A stretch of DNA of 64,000 nt from positions 569,639 to 633,638 of the forward strand of contig JAAOMT010000289.1 in NCBI GenBank assembly GCA_016748015.1. Direction: 5' to 3'. The notes under the pieces were generated by a model. That model worked only from the letters and a program-made list of their open reading frames with translations, ran no database searches and was not told the DNA's origin. A program made the position numbers and the translations under genes. Origin of the DNA: Geosiphon pyriformis uo1. Its lineage: Eukaryota > Fungi > Glomeromycota. This document shows, piece by piece, positions 40,101 to 52,691 of the stretch; within the stretch, counting starts at the first letter, position 1, and each line of letters opens with the position of its first letter.

Positions 40101-43100
40101 TACCGTGTCTTTATATACTTTTTTGGTTTTTTCAATTTGATGTGTTTGGTTCAATAACTATAATTGGTTCCAGATCTTGTGGAATCTTATCTGGTTGAAC
40201 CAGTAATTTCTGTACTCCTAATTGTGGAATATTACTGATAAATAGTAATACTATATGATGATATGATTTCAGTCGATCACTATGTGCTGCTTTGGCTAAG
40301 ATTTTGTTGTTCTATCTTAATTTATAAGCTCCATTTCCTAAAATTTCTTCTATGTGAAATGATCCATTCCATTTGGGGTCAAATTTTCCACTCCATTGTT
40401 TTTTTGTTTTGATATAATATAAAAGTACTTTGTTTCCAATCTTGAATTCAACTGGTTTATTTAGTAGTTGGTTATTGTGTCTTTCTTTTTGTTTTTCTTG
40501 TGACTTTTGGATGTTATCAGCTGCTTTTCATCATTTGTTTTCTAGAGTTTTCATCAAGTCATATGTTTTTCTTAGCAATATTTCCTGGTTTTATTGGATA
40601 AGTGTTGACTTCTATCTCAACTGGTAATGTTGTTTTTCTATCATATACTAATTCAAATAGTGTTACTTATATAGTGTCTTGCTTCATTGTTCAATAAGCA
40701 AATAATACTGATGATATAAACAAATCCTATTCATCTTGGTTTTTTTGACTAATCTTGGCAATTGCTTCATACAATGTTCTGTTAAACTTTTCAACTAACC
40801 CATTTGTTTGTAGATAGTATAGTAATGATAATGGTCTTTTTATCTCAAATCTTTGACTCAATTCTGCCAATGTTTTATTCACAAAGTGAATTTCTTGATC
40901 TGATAATAGTTCTTTTGGACATCTATGTTGACAAATCAAATCTTGATAAATGAATTCAGCAACAGATTCTGCATCTGCTCTTTGCTTTTGGCCATTTTGT
41001 GAGATAATTCATGGCTACTGCAATATATCTGTTGTCTTTGCTAATAATTGTTAATGGTCTGACTAAATTAATTCCAATGTGGTTGAATGGTTATTCTACT
41101 TTGATTGGTTTTAATGGTTTACTAGGTCTTGTTTTTCCTCTTTTTTGACAAACATCACAATTTTGAACATATTGGATAATGTCTGAATACATTGATGGCC
41201 AATAATATCTTTTTTTAATTCTTTTTATGGTAGGTTCTTTGTAAAAATGTCCTGCTGTTGGATCTGAGTGCATGTTAAACAATATTATTTCTTTTTCTAA
41301 TTCTGTAATTATTTTGGTTGGTTGATCTGAATTTTTTCTGTTTTTCTGGTAAAGTATATTTTGATGGTTGATAAAATATTTTGCTTGTTGTTTTATGTTG
41401 TTTTGTTTTTTTTGAGATAATTTCTCTTTGAACAATTGGATATTTATATAATGTTGGAGTTGTTAGTATTTTTGTATATTTATCTTTTTGTAATATTTTT
41501 CAGTTTCAACTGCTTAGATTTTGTTATATTTTTGGGTTAAAATGTTCTTAGATTTGTTTCATTTTCAACAATTTGTCAACATTTCCATTGTCTTTTTTCT
41601 TTTTATAATGTACTGTATAATTAAATAGTGAAAGTTCTATTTTTCATCTAGTATGACAATCATCTTCAAATTTTTGTTTCTGGATTGAAGTTAATCTTTT
41701 ATGGTCCGTGTATATATTGAATTTCTGGCTTAAGTATTCTCTCTATTTTATAACTGCCTAATAAATTATTAAGTGTTCTAGTGCTGGTGTTTCATAGTTC
41801 TTTTCTGCTGGGCTCAAGCTTTAACTAGTGTATACTACTAAGTGTTTTCTTCCATCTGGTCCTTTTTGTAATAGTACTGCTCTTAATGTTTGGCTTGATA
41901 CATCAATAGTGATAATGAATAGTTTATTGTAATCTGAATAGATTAGTACTGGAGTTTGAATAAGCTTTCTTCTCAATGTGTCAAATGTTTCTTGTTAAGC
42001 TTTTGTTCATTTGTATTTCACATTCTTGGTTTGTAGGTTGTAAAGTGGCTGAGCCAGTTTAGAAAAGTTCTTGATAAAGCAGCAATAATAGTCTGTGAAT
42101 CCCAAAAATGCTCTCAGTTCTGTCAGATTAATTGGTACTGGAAAGTTCTTTACTATTGTGATCTTATCCAAATCTGTTTTAATGTCATCTTTGCTTATAA
42201 TATGTTCCAAAAATTTTAACTCTGTCTTGTTAAAAAAACATTTGGTTGCATTTAATTTTAATCCTGCTCTTTTCAACCTTTCAAACACTTGTTGAAGATA
42301 ATGTAGATGGTTGTTGAATGTCTTAGAGAACATATTGGTGTTGTCTAAATAAACAACTACTGATTTCCACAGTAGTTCAGTGTAGACAATTTTCATGAGC
42401 TGTTGGAATTTTGCTGGCACATTTATCAATCTAAATGGCATAACCTCGAATTTGAAATTCCCTTCTTATATTATAAAAGCTGTTTTTTTCTTGTTTTCTG
42501 GTTTTATGGCTACTTGCCAATAACTACTGTCTAAGTCCAAAGTTAAGAACCATTTTTTTCCTTCAAAAGCATTGAACAGCTCTTGGATCTTTGGAGTTGG
42601 GTAGCTATCTTCTTTTGTTACTCTATTTAGTTTTTAGTAATCTATGCAAAAGCAAATTTTTCCATTTTTCTTATGGACCAGTACTATTGGTAATGACTAT
42701 GGGCTCATTGATGATTGAATTAACCTGTTGTCAAGCATTTGATTGATTTTTTGATAAATGATTTCATGGCTGGCTGGTGGTACTCTGTATGCTCTTTGTT
42801 TGATTGGCATTGTATCTCCAGTCTTGATCTGATGCTGGATTATGTTAATTCTGCCAAATTTATTTTCATTAACAAAGATGTCATTGAAATTGTTGAGTAA
42901 TATTTTGAATTGCATCTGTTGAAATGGGTCTAAGTTTCCCATGTTCATCTGTTTCAATTGTTCTGGTTGGAGCAGATAACATTCTTCTCATTCATATATT
43001 GTTTGAGATATGATATCTACATATCTGCACAGTTGGAGAAAATCTGGAATGGTATCTGGCAATTGGTCTTTAATTTTGGTGGTTAGATAGCCAATGATGG

Positions 43101-46100
43101 TTTTTCTGGTATTTTAATAATGTTTTCCGTGTTGTTGTAAATAGAAATTTTAATGTGCCTATGGTTTTTGGCTGGTATGTGTAGATTAACTAATCTGATT
43201 TCTCCTGATTCACAAAGTGTTGCTTCTGTTTCAAAAAGCTGTACCTAATTTTTCACTTTTCTTTCTATGACTATTATGTGCTGGTCATATGGTGGAATGG
43301 AGATCAGTTGACAAGTGGAGATAATTTTTTTCTTGTCAATAACCTCTTTCTCTGCCATATTGACTGGTACATCTATTCTACTCATTGATCTGAATCCCTG
43401 TATCTCTTTAGCTGTAATTCTTAATTCTTTCCTGTTTTCTATTGATACTAATTGAATTATTTTCACCAAAGACAGGAATATTGCCTGTGCTATTTTTTTA
43501 TTTGGTTCTATTATATAGGCTTTTTCTGAGTCATTTTGTAGCATAGCAATAATATTTTTTATATATTTTGCATTGTTACTCATAGAATATAGGAAATATT
43601 AGCATATAAATTAACTAATCAGAAGTAGCCATAGTAAATGTGGAATTCCAAGAATTTCAGGATTCTTGTATGAGGAATTACAAGATTCCAGAATTCTAAA
43701 ATTCCTCTTAAAGGAATTGCAAGATTCCAGAAATTTCAGGATTTCTGGTGCAAAGAATCAAAGAATTGAGGAATCTTAATTATGTATATATAGTGGCAGT
43801 ATTAGAAGTAAAAAAGACAGACTTTTCAGTTTAGATTTGATCTAAACAACCTTCCATATCAATAAATAATTAGTATTTAATATCTCTAATCCTCTCTCCA
43901 CTATTAACACTTTATGTTGATAATCATTGACACTTAACCACACTAAAACAATAGCTCTTGATCATGGCTATTAATGGAATACTAACTTACATATTGCCTT
44001 GGCTTATTTTTTTATTTTCTTTTATTTTTCTTTTCTTTGATTTTATTGTTGTATACTAATTGATTAAGAATTAAAGTGCTGAGATACAGACATCATAAGG
44101 ACTGGTAAAAGACCTGTGAAACAAGGGTAGAACACTCATAGATTTGAAGATAGCTTACCAGGAAGACTACTGGCCACCACGCTGAGAAAAAAATTTGACA
44201 AAACTGCAGTTTCAGGAAGTTATGGATAAATCCATTAATTAAAATCTCTGTCTATTATACAAAAGACTTCACAACAAAACCTTCAGATATTAACACCAGA
44301 AATACCAATCAAGCACCAAGTTATGGGTTTGTTATTTGACTTGAGATCTCAAATAATTATCTGTAACATTTGGTGCTCTCTGTGAGATATAATCCTACAG
44401 AGAACAGCACCAACAACTATTATTCAAAAGTGGTAGAATCAGAAATTATAGGAGCAAACCATTTAGGATTTGCCAAAGCCTTGTTTCAACAGTATAGCCA
44501 ACAATTAGGATTAAACAACAACTATTATCCAGCAGAATCTGCTTTCAACTTCTACATCAACAATAAAATCACAGACTGCTTAGGAAGAACAGTTAACATT
44601 AAATCTACAAGAGAAAATTTCTATACAGAATTATTCCAACATATCAGCTTACCAAGAAATTACAGTTTCACACCAATTATCAGGAAAATCAATCAAACCA
44701 TTGAAAGATACACACAACAACAATTCCTCATTACTTATGCAGACAAAGGCAAAGGAAGATTGCAAACACCAGCAGTAACACCAAAACAAATACAACTACC
44801 TACTTGGAAGAAAACCAGAGTTGAATTACCAACCAATCCATTATACTATTACACACCAGAAAGCATTATTAACATCTTATCAACAGGCATGTTAACATTA
44901 TATGCAACATCAACATTTGAATGACTTCCATTTTAAAGTAAACAAAAGAAAGCAGAATTACTAGGAACCTATGGCAATTATTTTGAAAAATTTAAATCAC
45001 AATCGCCAATACCATCAGGATTCCGATCACTACCACTTCAACCAGTTTTCAGAAACATGAGTCCCTGGGTGATAATAGAATCAGAAGAGGAAGAAGAAAA
45101 AAAAGCTGAAGATCAGAAATTTACTTACCAGAACCCAATTCCAGAAAATCTGAACATTGAAACTCTGAACTTTCAGATACAGCAAAATCAAAATTTTGAA
45201 AATCTGAAAGTCAAAACTCCAAATATTCAACCACCAACAAATCAAAACAATCAAAAACCCGATTTAATTAATCAACAACACATACCTCCAAAAATTGTAA
45301 TTAATCAACCAGTTGAACTGATTGGCCAGCCATTACAACAACTGGATCTGCAAATCCAACCACTACCAGTATTCTTTCAACAACTACAACAGCTGTTTCA
45401 ACAGCCATAACAACAACTCCAACAATCAAACTTAGATCCAATGGCTGATACACCAATAGCAAAACTCGAGAAATTCACTGGCGAAGAAGACGATGCCCAA
45501 ATATGGCTCAACAACATTAAAAAGGCTATCACGGCCAAAGGATAGAATAATGCAAAAGCATTTCAAGCTATCCTCTACTTCTTACAGGATATTGTTGACT
45601 CGTGGTATCAAAGTTTAGTTACCAAACCTCAAACATTTTAGGAATTTAAAGTTGTATTTCTGGGATATTTCAGTAATAATAACAGTATTAATTGCTTAAC
45701 CAACACCTTTACCACAATTAAACAAGGAGAAATTGAAGTAGTTACCACTTACTTGAGATGTTTCCACAGGAATTTGTGCCAAATTCAAGCAATTCAAGCT
45801 GACTATTTTACAGCGCCTCAGATTTTAAACCAGTTTATTTGTGGATTGCACAGTAGTATCTTTTAATGCATATGTCCAATACATCCAACAGATCTTTAAG
45901 CTGTCATAACAAATGCCAGAGATTTTGAAGCAGCTGAACTTGAAGTTAACCACACTTAAGCTGTTAATCTAATAATGAACAGATCATTTGAATTTGATTC
46001 TAAGTTGAAACAATTCAGTAATTCCATCAAACAAAAATTAGAAGAATACTTAGATAACAATCAGGCAATCTATCAACCTTTATAACAATGCAATAATCAA

Positions 46101-48437
46101 GAAAATGCGAATCATTTTCAGAATCAGTCATGTCTATCATCCTCGACCAATCAACAGTGGCAGTAGGAGATGTGTTTGCCACTACTGTGGTAAACAAAGA
46201 CATTTAAAGATTAACTGTAGATTGAGAATAGATAACTAACAATTAGGAAATCAATATTAAAACCCCAATTGCCAGTTTCCAACTTCAAATTATCAATCTA
46301 ACACAGCACCATATCAACCGACTTACCTGCCAATGATGTAACAGCCAATATATCAACCACCTATATATCAACCTCCAGTTTATCAACCACAGCCACCAGT
46401 AATATATCAACCACCACAGCCACAAATAATTTATCAGACACTCACAGTTCAAACACTACCATCAAACCCAACTCAAATGACATCAGGAAATCTTAGATCA
46501 AGAGTTATTCAAAACTGGAGATCAGCAATGGTTGTTCACCAACCAATTTGCAGTTCATCCAACCAGTTATCAAGATCATGACAGTGGAATTCAGGAACTG
46601 AGTACACTCAAAACCCAAGTTCCCAGAACTATTTAAGTCTTCTGGTTATTCCAGAAAACACCTTACCCAACAACTGGGAACCCAAACAAAAGCAACCACT
46701 TACTAGCAATATTTCGCCAACTACTGTCATGGAAAACGAATCCCTAACAGCTATATTTCTTTTTAAAATCAAGAAACCAACAGAAACCTCTTTGTTCAGT
46801 GAAGTTGCACTCAAGGAAAAACCCATTATGATGATGTACACTGATGCCAAAATTGATGGTCAGTTCATCAAACTAATTCTAGATAGTGGATCAGTTGGCA
46901 GCATCATTACAAGACAGCTCATAAACCAATTAGGTTGCTGAGTTGATCAAACTGCCAGTACAAGGATAATTACCACTGATAGAGCCATTAAGATTCTAAT
47001 TAGTGAAATAAATGCTCTACCCATTAAAGTTAATGGCATCATGGTACCGATCAAGGTATTAGTTATGGAAGCCACTTAGTATCAAGCTCTAGTTGGTAAT
47101 AACTAACTATCTAAAACCAACACAATACTTGACTAGACAACACAAGAGTTGCAAATCAGTCAGAATGGCTGATATACACAAGTACCAACAATGTGTGACC
47201 ATTTTAAGCCCAGCATTGAGATGTGACCACTTATTAACTTCAAAAAAAAAAAAAACCTACTTAAGAAGCTTATTAGATCTTGTGGGCTAACAGCAACCAC
47301 AATAAACTACCACTGATACTATCCTGGGATGACAACAACAAAGAAAAACAGAAGGAAGAACTTACCTGGAACACCAACCAAGCCTGGGAAACCAACAATA
47401 ACCAGAAAGAACTAACAAATTGGGAGTAGAAAGAAAATAAAAAGGGAAAAAAAAAAAGAAAGAAGAAGAACTAACATCTAACAGCACCACTACTTATAAT
47501 TCTTATACTACACCCCAACAATCCACTTATTACCACCCAAAACTGATATGCATCAATTGTGGCAAGAAATTGTTGTCAATGGGTGCTTGTTGTGGTAATG
47601 ATAAAAAGTACACTTTAGCAACCAAATTTTACTGCCATCCATGCATTTTTGAACACTTTGGAAGACCAAAACAAGTTGGGAAATAGGACAATGAACCATG
47701 CTTGGCTTGTGGAAAAACTCTCTTAGATAAAGGAATGTGGAATGACATTTCTGGACAAGAAGAAACATGTGATGAAATGTGTCAGTATACAATCCTAATT
47801 AATGACTGGATATGCAAGGGCACACCAATTGACGATGCTTGAAAACAAAGCATTGTGACAATTGGAAGGATACCCCTATGACAAACACGAATTATGGAGA
47901 ATGATATATGTGAAAACATAAGGTGCAATAACCAGTGAACTACTAAAAATCAAAAACAATCCTCTATCTCTTCCTGAACCCAAATACATCCAAATCTTTG
48001 ATGTCTTTGGCAACATTGAAAACAACCCAGAAGAATTCCACGAATATTACCAGCATTTAGCACCCACTAAGAAAGAACAGAAGCAGCATTTAGAGCAGTT
48101 GAATACTTAATTATGTCAACATTGCTTAATCTCATGTAACTTTCAATATTGTAATGAGTGTGATCTTATTTACAATCCACCACCACACATGATCTACATG
48201 ATTCTTGAAGAAGATGAACTAATGAATAACTATACATCAAAATCAGAATCAACTTTCCATCCCAATTTAAACTCTAACAATGACGACAATGAAAATAACA
48301 GTTTCAGCTCTGCTTAAAATGGCAATGAAAATATCAATAATTCAAACTCCAATTCAAACCCCAAAACATTTATTGCACTTTCTGATCTTACCAAGGAACA
48401 AGAACTTAAATGGTTTAGCAATAATGGCAAAGATATT

Positions 48438-48830
48438 ATGCCAGAACATGCACATAATACTAATGCAGAGTTTGATCTAAGGTATCCAAGAAAAAATGCC
48501 ATCAAATTGAAATCACATTTGCACACATGTATTGATCTCAAAGTAGCATTAAAAATTCCAGCAACAACAATGGTTCAACTAGCATCTAGGAGTAGTTTAG
48601 TGAAAAGAGGAATCAACATCAGAGGAGGAATAATTGATGCAGGATATGTAGGAAATATCATTACAATACTATAAAATGATTCAGAAAAGACTTATGTCAT
48701 AGAGCCAAATAAAAAGATAGCACAGACAATATTCTTGCCTCTGATGAAAGTAGCTCAGTTAATGTCAGTAGGAAACAGGGAAAAATTAAAAATTACTGTT
48801 AGAAGGATACAGGGATTTAGATCAATGGGT
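48438..48830 (+). pseudogene. Trimeric-type dUTPase domain within the A3 polyprotein
   Basis: All five motifs in order: A(E/G)FDL, SRSSL, GIIDAGYVG, KIAQ and RRIQGFRSMG (consensus RGxxGFGSTG). Confidence 0.92.
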
Positions 48831-51800
48831 AGAATAAATATACCAGTTAATATGGCAGAGGAAGAGATTATTAACAAAGAAGAAATTATCTCAATCTGTC
48901 AATCAATTTTTATTTCACCATATGACCAGTATATGTTAGCCATAAAAAGAGAAGTAAAAAATCAAACTTAGTTGTTTGAAGCAGAAGCCACCATTTGTAA
49001 ATCAAGAGAGATTGAACTCACTAATCTCTACATACCAGCCAAAAGCCCCAAAAACATCAAAATTCCCATCTATAACACAATGGGAAGTGTCATCAAAATA
49101 CCAAAGGGAACCATCATTAGATATTTAATCACCAAAGTTGAAGATTAACCACCAAACTACATTCCAGATTTTTCACAGCTTTGTAGATATGTGGACATTA
49201 TATTACAAACCATCTACAAACGAAATAAATATTATCTACTCCAATAAGAACAATTGGAACAGATAAACATGAGGAATCTAAACCCACTTTAACAGATGCA
49301 ACTAAAGATATTACTTAGCAATTTCAATGACATTTTTGCTAGTGAAAATGAATTTGGCCGCACCAACATCATTCAGCATCAGATCAAAACTGGAGATACA
49401 ATGCCAATTAAACAAAGAGCATACAGAATACTACCAGCTAGTCATAAGATCATTCATCAAGAAATCAATCAGATGCTTGACAATGGGCTAATTCAGCCAT
49501 TAATGAGTCCATGATCATTACCAGTGGTACTAGTCTGGAAAAAAAATAGGAAAATCTGCTTTTGTGTGGATTACTGGAAACTGAATGGAGTAACCAAAGA
49601 AGATAGCTATCCAACATCCAAGATCCAAGAGCTGTTCAATGCTTTTGGAAGAAATAAATGGTTCTCGACACTAGACCTAAACAGTGGTTACTGGCAAGTA
49701 GCTATGAAGCCAGAAGACAAAAAAAAAACAGCTTTTACAACTCAGGAAAAAAACTTTGAATTTGAAGTAATGTTATTTGGTTTAATGAATGTGCCAGCCA
49801 TGTTCCAAAGGCTAATGAAAATTGTTTACACAGAACTATTATGGAAATTGGTAGTGGTATACTTAAATGACACCAATGTTTTCTCAAGAACATTCGATGA
49901 TCATCTTCATCATCTACAACAAGTGTTTGAAAGACTCAGAAGAGCAAGATTGAAATTGAACATGAACAAATGCTTCTTTGGCAAAACAGAATTAAAATTT
50001 TTGGGACATGTTGTGAGTAAAGATGGCATCAAAACAGATCCAGACAAGATTGAAGTTGTTAAGAACTTTCCAGTACCAAATAATCTCACAGAACTGAAAG
50101 CATTCTTGGGATTTGCAAGATACTATTGCCATTTTATCAAGAACTTTTTTAAACTGGCTCAGCCATTACACCAACTCCAAAACAAGAATGTGAAATATGA
50201 ATAGACAGAAAGCCAGCAAGAAGCTTTTGACACATTAAGAAGAAAGCTCATTCAAGCTCCAGTGTTAATTTATCTGGACCACAGCAAACTATTCATTATT
50301 ACAACTGATGCATCAGGTCAAGCTTTGGGAGCAGTACTATCACAAAAAAGACTGGATGAAAGAGAGCATCCAGTAGCTTATGCCAGTAGAAGCTTAAGTC
50401 CAGCAGAAAAGAACTATGGAATTCCAGCACTGGAACACTTAGCTATCTATTGGGCTGTTATCAAATGAAAAAAATACTTGAGTCAGAAGTTTGATGTATA
50501 TACTGATTACAAAGGATTAACTTTAATCCAGAAACAAAAATTTGGAGACAATTACCATGTCAAATAGAAAATAGAACTCTCATCATTTAATTATACAGTA
50601 CACTATAAAAAGGAAAAAAACAATGAAAATGCTGATGGATTGTTGCAAATGAGACAAATCTAAAAACATTTCAACCCAAAAATATAACAAAAGATGAATA
50701 TACAAAACAACAATCAAAATATTTTATTAACCACCAAAATATATTTTACTAGAAAAACAGAAAGAATTCAGATCAACTAACCAAAGTAATCATGGAACCA
50801 GAAAAAGAGACAATATTATTCAACATGTACTCAGATCCAATAGCAGAACATTTTCATAAAGAAGCAACCATAGAAAGGACCAGAAAAAGATACTATTGGC
50901 CATCAATATATTTAGATATCATCTAATACGTTCAAAATTGTGATGCTTGTCAGAGAAGAGGAGGAGTAAAACCAAGTGAATCATTAAAACCAATCAAAGT
51001 AGGACAATCATTTAATCAAATTGGAATTGATTTAGTCAGACCATTAACAATAACCAGCAGAGGCAACAGATACATAGCAGTAGCCATAGATTATTTGACA
51101 AAATGGCCAGAAGCAAAAGCAATTCAAAGAGCAGATGCAGAATCTATTGCCGAATTCATTCATCAAGATTTAATTTGTCAATATGGATGTTCAAAAGAAC
51201 TATTATCAAATTAAGGAACTCATTTTGTGAATAGAATATTAGCAGAATTAAGTCAAAGATTTGGAATAAAAAGACTATTATCATCACCATACCACCCACA
51301 AACAAATAGACTAGTTGAAAAGTTTAACAGAACATTGTGTGAAGCAATTGCCAAGATCAGTCAAAAAAACCAGAACAAATAGGATTTGTTTATACCATCA
51401 GTATTATTTGCTTATTAGACAATGAAGCAAAACATCACATAAGGAACACTATTTAAATTGGTATACAGTAGAACAGCAATATTACCAGTAGAAATGGAAG
51501 TTAACACATATCCAATAGAACCAATAACAGAAGAGAATTTCTAAAAAACATTGTTGAAAAGAACATATGATTTAATGGAAACACTAGAAAACAAATAGCA
51601 AAAAGCAGCTGATAACATTCAGAAGTCACAAGAAAAACAAAAAAAAAGGCATGATAACCAACTATCAGATAAACCAGTTGAATTCAAGATTGGAGACAAA
51701 GTACTTTTACATTGTACCAAAGTAGAAAAACAATGGAATGAAAAATTTGACCCCAAATAGGATAGACCATTTCACATAGAAAAAATTCTTGGAAATGGAG

Positions 51801-52001
51801 CTTATAAATTAAGATGGAACAACAAAATTTTAGCCAAAGCAGCACATAGTAATTAACTGAAACCATATTACCATATAGTGTTACCATCCACCAGTAATAT
51901 TCTACAATTAGGAGTACAGAGAATACTAGTCCAACCAGATAAGATTCCACGAGATCTGGAACCAATCATAATCATTGGACCAAAACACATAAAATTAAAC
52001 A

Positions 52002-52691
52002 ATGGAAAGAGTATATAAAGACATGGTAGATGTGACAGAAAACATCAGAAAAATAGAAATCACAAACAACATTTACTCACTAGCACAACAACTCTTTCAA
52101 GTAATTCAACAACAAGAAATGAAAATCACAATTAATCAACAAACCATCAGATACACAAACACTAGAAAAAGACCACAGGATAAAGCATGAAGAAAAACAA
52201 AAAACACTGTTGACAAAATAGTGACAAAAGTAAAACTGGTAATAGAAACACAACCCAAAATCATTCAATGTTAAGAATTGACTATAGAAACCTGGAATTG
52301 GTGAATACAACAATTTCCAAAAAACTTTTGCTACTTCTACTTAGAACAACACATGAACATTCAGAATCTATACACAGATAAGACAAAACAATTATTTAAC
52401 ACAACAATACTACAACAACTGGAACAATTTGTGGGGAAAAACAATTTAACTATACAAACAAAAGTCATTTATTGGTTACATACAGGATTTCAAGATAAAC
52501 CAAAAATCTTACTCAACACAGAAATAAACACTATTACTGTCAACCAAATAGGAAAAATAACCAATGCCCAATTTGAAGAATTACAGAACAAGATAACACA
52601 AGTAATTCTTGAAAAAAAAGTTCAAAAAATATTCAAAAACAGTGAAATAGAGTTAGAAGATTTGAAAAATATTGATGAAGCTCAATATTAA
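52002..52691 (+). pseudogene. Additional ORF of unknown function between integrase and PPT
   Basis: The ATG overlaps the end of pol and the frame ends EAQY* immediately before the PPT. Homologous segments occur in A2 (about 39440-40140, minus) and in the A1 tail (RAQY*). Confidence 0.65.

Noticed and set aside
43964-44059. Short hydrophobic ORF (MAINGILTYILPWLIFF...) in the A3 LTR
   Set aside because: The ATG is ACA in the sister LTR, consistent with an ancestral ACG, and the hydrophobicity comes from a T-rich tract.
51660-52691. Chromodomain or env gene after integrase
   Set aside because: Only the GPF/SH3-like integrase tail is visible. I saw no chromodomain aromatic-cage motif, signal peptide or transmembrane helix.
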